A stretch of DNA of 63,653 nt, the filler included, from Octopus bimaculoides (lineage: Eukaryota): assembly GCF_001194135.2 (NCBI RefSeq). It is 5 parts of 4 records of this genome, joined end to end, with 100 filler letters (N's around TTAATTAATTAA, not from the genome) between each part and the next. Parts side by side here need not be neighbours in the genome. Positions count along the whole stretch, not along the records: positions 37,908 to 57,228 come from NC_069001.1; positions 57,329 to 61,610 come from NC_068983.1; positions 61,711 to 63,653 come from NC_068983.1; 2 more parts are not named here. One strand, written 5' to 3'. A model generated the notes under the pieces. It did not search any database. It saw only the letters and a program-made list of their open reading frames with translations, and was not told where the DNA came from. The number at the start of each line of letters is the position of its first letter. Positions within the stretch are counted from its first letter, which is position 1. This document shows positions 55,429 through 63,653 of the stretch, in pieces. A program made the position numbers and the translations under genes.

Positions 55429-55493
55429 TCACTGCCCGGAATCGAATTCGGAATCTTGGGGTTAGTAGCCCGCGCTTTTAACCACTACGCCAT
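55172..55493 (-). mobile_element. Most complete tRNA-head/(AAT)n/hammerhead SINE-like element
   Basis: Minus strand: TGGCGTAGTGG (box A), ATTCGATTCC (box B-like), GTGACCTGA, about 110 nt (AAT/AGT)n, ACATCGAAAAATACCTTAGG...hammerhead...TGTAAATAATGTA. Confidence 0.85.
55220..55265 (-). ncRNA. Minimal type-I hammerhead ribozyme motif with canonical core
   Basis: GACAC CUGAUGA A GGCUG-gagggtatat-CAGUC GAAAC GUU GUGUU. Stem I is GACAC/GUGUU, stem II has 5 bp with one G-U, the AACGUU is palindromic, and the cleavage triplet is GUU. Confidence 0.7.
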
Positions 55494-55859
55494 AGTATAA
55501 TAGTAATAATAATAATAATAATAACGACATCAACACCATCCGCATCGTCATCATTTTCCTCAGCAGCAGCAACAACATCGACATCATCATTTTCATCATC
55601 AACATCGTTATAATCATCATCATCATCACCATCAACAGCAACTACATCATCAACAACAGCAATAGAGCAGCATCATAATCGGCAACATCAGCAGCATCAG
55701 CTCCCTCCATTACAGTTAGTGTATTATATTTTACTCGTAAAATAATGTTTATGAAAGGAATCTGGGGAAAGAAACTCCATCAGCAATGGCGCCGGAAAGA
55801 CTCGCTTCGACGTTAGTAATATCAAACACAATTCTCACATTCACTTCTCTTCTGCTGCT

Positions 55860-56345
55860 GGTGCTGCTGTTGTTGTCTTAGTTGCTGTTGTGCCGTTTTT
55901 GCTGCTGTTCTCGTAATTGTTGCTGCTGCTGCTGCTGTTGTTGTTGTTGTTGTCGTTGTGGTTGTTGTTGTATTTTTTACTACTGTTGTTGTTGGTGTTT
56001 GTTGTTGCTGCTGTTGATGATGATTAAAATGATGAGGATAATGATGATGAGGAGGAGGAGGATGAAGTTGATGTTATTATTATTATCATCGTCATCGTCA
56101 TCACCATTATTATTATTATTATTTTATTGTTGTAACTGTAGGCATTGCTGCTACTGCTGTTTCCTTCGTTGTTGTTCTTAATGTTACACTCGTAATTGTT
56201 GTTGGCGTTGCTGCTGTTGATGATGATGATGATGATGTCGTTATTGTTGTTGTTATTGCTGCTGTTGTTGATGAGGAGGAGAATGCTGCTATTGCTGCTG
56301 ATGATGATGATGTTGATGTCGTCGCTATTGTTGTTGTTGTATGAT
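55860..56345. repeat. Compound (GTT/GCT/GAT)n tract
   Basis: Source of the poly-Cys and poly-Leu pseudo-ORFs. Confidence 0.9.
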
Positions 56346-56589
56346 TAGTTAAGGTATCACGTGTATGCAACATTGCAGAAATAATCTGGATAGCTTCTGT
56401 CAAAAATTAAAACATCTTACGTCTTGTTTCGAAAAGAAACGGGGTGGGGGAGGAGAACGGATAGGAGACGGGGGGGAGCATCAATGATTTGGCGCCGTCA
56501 GACGTTGAGGGACTTCCATGGTGTCGACTAGTTATGGCTGAGCGTCGGCTGGTTGGATTTTTGCTTCGTTTATCAATTAGCAGATAAAT

Positions 56590-56885
56590 ATGGGAGGAAG
56601 AGAAGAAAGAGGGGGAGAAGAAAGGAAGAGGGAGAAGGAGGAGAAGAATAAGAAGGGGAGGAGAAGAAAGAGGGAGAAGAAAGAAGGGAGAGGGAAAAGA
56701 AAAAGAAGAAAAGAAAAAGGTGGAGGAGAGGGAGAATAAGAATAAGGGGAGGAGGAGGAGGGTGGAAGAAGGAGGAGCAAGGAGAAGGAGAAAGATGAAA
56801 AAGAAAGGGAGGGAGATGGGAGGAATGGATGGAGAGAGGGAGGGAGGGAAGAGAGAGAATAAGAGAGAGTGAGAGAGGGAGACTC
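56590..56885. repeat. Polypurine (GA/GGA)n tract
   Basis: Almost exclusively A/G. Confidence 0.9.
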
Positions 56886-57024
56886 TCAACGCGATATTGT
56901 ACTTAGAAATGGCAACAGCGATGAAGTGTTGAGCCGTTCCTGTGGATGAGGTTGTTATTGGCAGGAGTGGGGTGGAGATAGTGGTGGCGGGGGTAGAGGT
57001 GAGAGGATACTGGTGGTGGTGGTG

Positions 57025-57210
57025 GTGGCGGTGGCAGAATCGTTAGCACGCCGGGCAAAATACTTAGCGGTATTTCGTCTGCCGTTACGTTCTGAGTTCA
57101 AATTCCGCCGAGGTCGACTTTGCTTTTTATCCTTTCTGGGTCGATAAATTAAGTACCAGTTACGCATACGCACTGGGGTCGATGTAATCGACTTAATCCC
57201 GTTGTCTGTC
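57025..57210 (+). mobile_element. tRNA-derived SINE, young and CpG-intact
   Basis: GGCAGAATCGTTAGCACGCCGGGC...GAGTTCAAATTCCGCCGAGGTCGACTTTGC...AAGTACCAG. Confidence 0.85.
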
Positions 57211-57579
57211 CTTGTTAGTCCCCTCTATNNNNNNNNNNNNNNNNNNNNNNNNNNNNNNNNNNNNNNNNNNNNTTAATTAATTAANNNNNNNNNNNNNNNN
57301 NNNNNNNNNNNNNNNNNNNNNNNNNNNNTACATATGTTTATACACACACATACATTTATATTTGTTATGTATAAGCTAGCGGTTCCGCAAAAAGACCGAA
57401 AGAATAAAAACAAAATAAGAAATAGGTCGATTCATTCGACTAAAAATTCTTGAGGGCGATGCCCCAGAATGGCCTCCATCTAATGACTGAAACAAAGAAA
57501 AGATACAATAAAAACGAAATATTTATCTACATATATCGATATATATATATATGAAACACTATTACATGTTCTATTTTAG

Positions 57580-57690
57580 TCGATCCATGCAGCAGTAGTC
57601 CATGTGAAAACGATGCACAATGTATAAATGCTGGATCATCCTTCACTTGTATATGTAAACCAGGATTCCGAGGAAATATTTGTCTTATCG
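57580..57690 (+). CDS. EGF-like repeat exon 1 of a multi-EGF protein (internal exon, phase 1-1)
   Basis: ttttag|TC GAT...ATC G|gtacgt, 111 nt. Translation DPCSSSPCENDAQCINAGSSFTCICKPGFRGNICLI has six Cys in EGF spacing. Confidence 0.93.
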
Positions 57691-57809
57691 GTACGTTTTC
57701 CTTTTTCAATCTTTAAAATTAAATTAGACTTTCATATCTATTTTAGACGCATCCAAACAATTTATCTTAAGACATTAATCATTTTGAGTTTTAATATCTA
57801 TGTTTCTAT

Positions 57810-58660
57810 AAGGAGTCGAGCTGGCAGAAACGTTAGCACGTCGGACGATATGCTTAGCGGTTTTTCGTCAGTCTTTACGTTCTGAGTTCAAATTCTGCCG
57901 AGGTCGACTTTGCTTTTCATCCTTTCGGGGTCGATAAATTAAGTACCATTTGTGTACTGGGGTCGATGTAATCGAGTGGCACCCTCCCCCAAAATTTCGT
58001 GCTTTGTGCTTAGAGTAGAACACAATCGTTATCCCGACGGACAAAATGGTTAGCGGCATTTCGTCCGACTTTACGCTCTGACTGCAATGGCAATGGGATC
58101 GACTTTGCCTTTCATCCTTACGGGGTCGATAAAATAAGTACCATTTGTGCACTGGTATCGTTGTAATCGACTTCCCCCCTTTTCCCAAACTTGATGAATT
58201 TGTGCCAAAATTTGAAACTAATATTATAGGCTTTAAAAGCAGTGAGCTGGCAGAAACACCACGCGAAATGCTTAGCGGTATTTCGTTTGCTGTTACGTTC
58301 TGAGTTCAAATTCCGCGGAGTTAGACTGCCTTTCATCCTTTCGTGGTCGATAAATTAAGTACCAGATGCATACTGGGGTCGAGCTAATCGACTGGACCCC
58401 CCCCCTTCCCCAAAAAAAATTCGGGAATTGTACCTAGAGTAGAATAGAATATTATAGGCTTTAGAAAGGTGACGAGCTGACAGAATCGTTAGCACTCCGA
58501 GCGAAATCCGTAGGACCACTGTGTTCGTCTTTACGTTCTGAGTTCAAATTCTGCTGACGTAGCTCATAAAATAAATACCAGTTGATTACTTTGGTCGATG
58601 GAATCGATTTACATTCCTACCCATAAATTACTGACCTTGTGCCAGAATTTGAAACCAATA
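57810..58660 (+). mobile_element. Head-to-tail array of four SINE copies filling an intron
   Basis: Copies begin near 57810, 58021, 58230 and 58458. The last two junctions share TATTATAGGCTTTA. Confidence 0.85.
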
Positions 58661-58792
58661 TTTCTATTTCTTATAACGAAAAGAAAAAAATGTTATATTT
58701 AAAATAATTCTCACTATAGATAAGTAAATGTTAAATATTTGTTTTTCAAGAAATCTTTGCAAATGCTACTAATTAGGCGTTAACTTTTCCAG

Positions 58793-58903
58793 TTGATCCC
58801 TGCAGCAGTGGACCGTGTCAATATGGCGGAACATGCACAAACAATGGATCAAATTATACATGCGATTGCAAACCTGGATACATTGGACAGAACTGTTCTG
58901 TAT
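58793..58903 (+). CDS. EGF-like repeat exon 2 (phase 1-1)
   Basis: ttttccag|TT GAT...GTA T|gtaagt, 111 nt. Translation DPCSSGPCQYGGTCTNNGSNYTCDCKPGYIGQNCSV. Confidence 0.95.
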
Positions 58904-59094
58904 GTAAGTCAACATTTACGCCATGTTTGTTGGTATTATTTTAGTTTACTTCATTCAATGTATTCTTTATTTTTTAAGACTGTAAGCAGATGTTGTTGCT
59001 ATTTCTTGGATGTAGAGTGACATCAAAGAGGAACCCGATATATTTTAGAGATTAGAAAGTATAATTAATGCTTCTATTTATTTTTACAGTCGAC

Positions 59095-59560
59095 TATTCA
59101 TTGTAGGGTCGTGAGGGTAGAGGGGTCATTAAGTCCTGTCCGAAGCAATCGTCCTTAAAGTTTTACGCTTGATTCCCAATCGCGACCAACTGATACAACA
59201 GATATTATCCAAATATTTGGCTTTTGGTGTCCTTCTAGGTCTCCCCTCGGTTAGCTTGGCTTGAAGAATCTGTCTTGCAATTCTTTCCTGTAACATTATA
59301 ACCACATGTCCGTAGAACCAGACTGTAACTTCTCAATACGGAGGGGTAGCAGATCGATCTAGAAAAGTCCTTAGATGAGTAAACAAGCATTTCACGTGAT
59401 CCCAGGTGATTATTTGATAGATACAACTTAAGGACCTCATTTAGTGTTAAAAAGATTTTAGTGAACCTTCCTACATCCTGCACAAAGGCAAGCTGCTCAT
59501 GTAGGGTTATAAGTGAATGCCCAGAGGGTGGTCCATACAACTCAGAATTCTTGGTATACG
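59095..59560 (-). mobile_element. RTE-clade LINE 3' fragment, intronic and antisense
   Basis: LPLRIEKLQ / WFYGHVVIMLQERIARQILQAKLTEGRPRRTPKAKYLDNI...IASDRT matches the RTE C-terminal pattern (WxGHV...GRP...D). Confidence 0.8.
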
Positions 59561-60270
59561 AGGCAAAGGTGGTGTCCGTCAGTAGCAGTAGAAAGGGCAG
59601 CAACTACTGCAACAGCAGGAGCAGCAGGAGCAGCAACTCCTGTAACACCAGAAACAGCAGGAGCAACAACTACTGTAGCACCAACAATGCGTCCGGTAGC
59701 AACAGCAGCAATAACAGCATTAACATCAACAGCAGCATCACCAAAAATGCAAGCACACATACATGGAGATATGTTGTTGCAACTGAGGGGGCCCTTTAAG
59801 CTGGCTAAATAAAGACATAACTTCTTTTAGGATCCCACAGAGGCGCAACGTTGCGGCTTTAGCCAACTACATAGAGATAACGCCTTACAGCCTAAACCAT
59901 AACTCAACGGGAACAGATAATGCAAACTTTGCTTGACCGTGAGGGCAAGGATCCTCAAGAATTCGCTTACACTAGGGGCCTTCTTAAATTTCAAAATTGA
60001 GATGTTTAGTCGATGACCTCATGATAGAAAATTCATGTTGAAGACATGAAGTGGCTGCTTGCTGACAAGTGAACGACAATCGTACATAAACTGATGCTTT
60101 TTTGGCCACAACTGGAACCGGTTAAAGGGAGATAACTCACGTAGATAAAGGTTTTCACTTCGAAGAATCTCGTTTCAGGTTTTAAAAAAAAGCTTCTTAA
60201 CCACAGAGCCATACCTGTTGGAAATATTTTAATTTCTTCAATTCAGAAGTTATCTACTTTACATTTGCAG

Positions 60271-60381
60271 TCGATCCATGTAGCAGTGATCCATGTCAAT
60301 ATGAGGGAACATGCTTAAACCACGACACGACATATGAATGTGCATGCCAACCTGGATACAGAGGGAAGGATTGTTCAATAG
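60271..60381 (+). CDS. EGF-like repeat exon 3 (phase 1-1)
   Basis: tttgcag|TC GAT...ATA G|gtaagt, 111 nt. Translation DPCSSDPCQYEGTCLNHDTTYECACQPGYRGKDCSI. Confidence 0.95.
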
Positions 60382-60617
60382 GTAAGTTAAAATATAGTGT
60401 TCAAATTACTTGTATATTGCACCGTAGTCACTTTCAAAATTTTTCTTGATATCTCTGACGAAGCTCACCCTAAAATATACTTCGAATTTAGTCATACATC
60501 TTCAAAAATTATATTTGACTCTACTTAAATGTACTTCCTAATACTTTGGTTAAGGTTTTACATATCAGCATATTTTAACATATTTTAAGATGCTAAAATA
60601 TCATTTGCATTTTTAAG

Positions 60618-60728
60618 TCGATCCCTGCAGCAGTAATCCATGCCAGAATGAAGGACTCTGCACAAACGAAGGTTACAATTTCACATGTCAATGTATGGAA
60701 GGTTTTAGAGGATCTCGCTGTGAAATAG
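60618..60728 (+). CDS. EGF-like repeat exon 4 (phase 1-1)
   Basis: ttttaag|TC GAT...ATA G|gtaagt, 111 nt. Translation DPCSSNPCQNEGLCTNEGYNFTCQCMEGFRGSRCEI. Confidence 0.95.
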   Translation, partial: SIPAAVIHARMKDSAQTKVTISHVNVWKVLEDLAVK

Positions 60729-61016
60729 GTAAGTAGTTCGATATCTATCTACGTATTAATCTATCATTGTATATTTATCTATATTCATACATATCTCTTT
60801 GTCTATCTATTTATCTTTGTTTTGTATATATTTATCCACAGACACACCTACATACATATATATGTAATGTACGATATATACATGTTTGTATATTTATGTA
60901 TATAGTTGCAAATATGAAATGGTACGTATGGTGCTTGGAGACATTATCGGTAATGTTTCGAGTAAAGCCTGATCTCTTCGGAAAGAGGCTGTGTATGTGA
61001 GGGAGAGAGGGAGAAA

Positions 61017-61057
<41 letters not shown>

Positions 61058-61142
61058 GAAGAAAGGAAAAGTAAGTTTGTGGTAATTTTTCTCCTACGAT
61101 CGCTACACACACATCCTAGTAATATTTAGTGAGAATTGTATG

Positions 61143-61173
<31 letters not shown>

Positions 61174-61490
61174 ACACACATACACACACACTCAGACATA
61201 TATATTATGAGCAATAGTGGTGTCTATTAAACTCAGAGTAAACTCTGTATTTGGAATGACCAATTTCAAAGACTGTTGGATTTTACTCATAGAGTACTGG
61301 AATCTTAATAATGGATTTACAAAGGCAATGACCAATCTTAAAGATTATTGGATTTTACTCACAAGGTATTAGAATCTTATATGTATACCATTCTGCCTAA
61401 ACAATGGATTTACAAATACAATATCCCTACATTCACTCTCTATTTCCTATCTTAACTAAACTACCTATTGCTTAACCATCCTCTCAAACC

Positions 61491-61538
61491 GTCTCCGATG
61501 AAAGGATATAATAAATATCCTGGAAACAGCTGTAAGAC
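61491..61538 (+). ncRNA. Minimal type-I hammerhead motif of Penelope pLTR type (U4C variant)
   Basis: GUCU CCGAUGA A AGGAUAU-aauaa-AUAUCCU G GAAAC AGCU GUA AGAC. Stem I is GUCU/AGAC, stem II has 7 bp, ACAGCUGU is palindromic, and the cleavage triplet is GUA. Confidence 0.65.
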
Positions 61539-61711
61539 TTTCTATTTATAAATATTCTGTATCATACACAGCCTTGGTTTTTATCTCATTACGAAAAGTA
61601 AATCCCTATANNNNNNNNNNNNNNNNNNNNNNNNNNNNNNNNNNNNNNNNNNNNTTAATTAATTAANNNNNNNNNNNNNNNNNNNNNNNNNNNNNNNNNN
61701 NNNNNNNNNNA

Positions 61712-61878
61712 TATATATACGACGGGCTTGTTTCAGTTTCCGTCTACAAAATCCACTTACAAGGCTTTGGTAGGCCCGCGGCTATACTAGAAGATACTTG
61801 CCCAAGGTGAACGCAGTGCGACTGAACCCAGAACCATGTGGTTCGTAAGCAAGCTACTTACCATACAGCCACTCCTTC
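61712..61878 (-). mobile_element. tRNA-derived SINE head, same family as 39560-39715 and 8295-8425
   Basis: CGACGGGCTTGTTTCAGTTTCCGTCTAC...ACTGAACCCAGAACCATGTGG, next to (TA)n. Confidence 0.8.
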
Positions 61879-61899
61879 CAGGCTTTTAATTTCATATCG

Positions 61900-62071
61900 C
61901 GAAATACCTGGTTGGAAGCCCAACCTTCGTAGTTCATTCACAGGACTTGGAAAACCTGCAGGAGCACTGCAGTGAATGTGTGAATATAAATGGGGAATAT
62001 ATGGAACAAAATCATAATCAACTGATCCTATTCTATTTTCTTTTACTCAAATCAACAGTGAGTCACCTGAA

Positions 62072-62072
<1 letters not shown>
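61900..62072 (+). mobile_element. Probable mariner 3' fragment
   Basis: LENLQEHCSECVNINGEYMEQ resembles the mariner C-terminal L..RW..CV...G.Y.E motif. Confidence 0.45.
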
Positions 62073-62154
<82 letters not shown>

Positions 62155-62166
62155 ATAATAGTGATG

Positions 62167-62236
<70 letters not shown>

Positions 62237-62238
<2 letters not shown>

Positions 62239-62380
62239 TCGAATAATATCTTAGGAATGAGAACCCAGATTCAAATTTCCCCAAGACACCTGATGAGGCC
62301 TGGAGGGTATATCAGCCGAAACGTTATGTTAACAACAAACAAGCTGAGGACAAATATCCGTCAATTGTAAATAATGTAGA
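62237..62380 (+). mobile_element. Body of the (AAT)n/hammerhead element; head not seen
   Basis: GACAC CTGATGA GGCCTG...CAGCC GAAAC GTT ATGTT at 62285-62330, with one stem-I mismatch. Confidence 0.75.
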
Positions 62381-62384
62381 TAAG

Positions 62385-63030
62385 GCTCATATATATTTAA
62401 ATGTTATACTTCTGGAAAGTATACAGATTTTTGGCGTTGCATCGTCGGACACGTATTTAGGCAGTGTTTTACATATCCCATGGCCCCAATAATTACAGGT
62501 ATAAACCTGAACCTGTAATTTGGATAGAGTAACTGACGATTTATCAATAGTTCAGCGTAGGTATTCTCTTTTTCAATGACTTCAAGATGTTTGTTAAGAT
62601 CTGCTGGGTCGCTGATTTCCACGACAGTACATAGTTTGTCTTCATCCCAAATCTTTATATCAGGGCTGATGTGCTCACATTTTATTGAGGTTTTCACTGG
62701 GATACTCCACCAATACTCCTTTTTATTGTAGGTGGCTATGGCTTCCACCATACTGTGGATTCTTATTTCTTTCTCCTCGGGCTTATCCTTCCGACATATT
62801 TCATTATACAGTCTCCTAGCTACAACAGCATGTCTCATCGGTGGGTAAAACTCTGATGACATTTTCGGACAACCGCTTATGATGTGGGTGATAACTTCGG
62901 TGTTAACTCCACAAAGTCTTCATGGGTTGTAACATTTTACTGCTTTTCCTACATCTCTATCTGTTTTTAATGCATCAGGTATTTGGTTGTTATTTCCTGT
63001 TCCTGGATTGCGAACGCACACTTTTCCCGG
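62385..63030 (-). mobile_element. RLE-type (R2/R4 group) non-LTR retroposon 3' fragment: zinc knuckle plus restriction-like endonuclease
   Basis: AFAIQEQEITTKYL, RLCGVNTEVITHIISGCPKM (zinc knuckle), RHAVVA, SPDIKIWD, VVEISDP, EKENTY, FIPVIIGAMG. Confidence 0.9.
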
Positions 63031-63149
63031 TTACTTTTCCTTGATGGAGTGCTTTGATTATCAATGTTACGATCATCGCGGAGCTTTCTACTAACACGCA
63101 TAACACCACCACCGCCACGATAACTACTACTACTGTACAACGGTCCCTG

Positions 63150-63180
<31 letters not shown>

Positions 63181-63221
63181 GACCAACAGTCTCTGCTACT
63201 GCTCCTATTACGGCCAACGGT

Positions 63222-63293
<72 letters not shown>

Positions 63294-63653
63294 CACTTCC
63301 TCTACTACTACAGTAAATTAACTACTACTAAAACTTTACTATTATGACGAACGGTCTCTGCTACGGTTTGCATGACGTCCCACGGTCACATCTGCTACTC
63401 ACCACTACCAACACGGTCTCTACTACTACTGATACAGCCAACGATTCTAGTCAACGTACACGGCAGTCATTATGTTCCCACACATAAAACGCTTCCACGT
63501 AGACTCTGTTGACACTAGTAAGAAATAATTATGAACTTTTTTTCATTACACCTTAAAAAAGTATATTTTTGATAAGTTTCGTTTTTTCAAGAAGAAGCGT
63601 AACAGGTAAAATATCTCTGAGAAAATTAAAATTTATCTTAAATAGTGGCGTTT

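Noticed and set aside
55786-55881. MAPERLASTLVISNTILTFTSLLLLVLLLLS as a signal peptide
   Set aside because: It ends in a stop with no splice donor, and its hydrophobic part is the start of a (CTG/TTG)n microsatellite.
59270-59312. CGYNVTGKNC (C-x8-C) on the minus strand as an inverted EGF exon
   Set aside because: It lacks the preceding C-x-C and the other cysteines. It is an alternative frame of the RTE LINE fragment (WFYGHV...GRP).
60455-60490. CTGACGA...CGAAT as another hammerhead
   Set aside because: There is no GAAA, no convincing stem II and no stem I.

Overview
Repeat-rich, gapped eukaryotic genomic DNA. The SINE, mariner and Penelope families and the microsatellite load look like an octopus-type coleoid cephalopod (inference). 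Nearly all ORFs in the supplied track are translations of microsatellites or N gaps. The only well-supported host coding sequence is four 111-nt phase-1/1 exons (57580-60728, +), each encoding one EGF-like repeat and all missed by the ORF track. The rest is transposon debris: three to four mariner fragments, Tc1, two Penelope-like families, RTE, CR1-like, R4/Dong-type RLE retroposons, many tRNA-derived SINEs and MITEs. The most notable hidden signal is a set of minimal type-I hammerhead ribozyme folds in three repeat families. One of these is a tRNA-head/(AAT)n/hammerhead SINE-like element that is itself a target of a TAA-associated retroposon. There is also a CpG-decay boundary near 19-21.6 kb and an apparent templated 469-bp insertion into a mariner.
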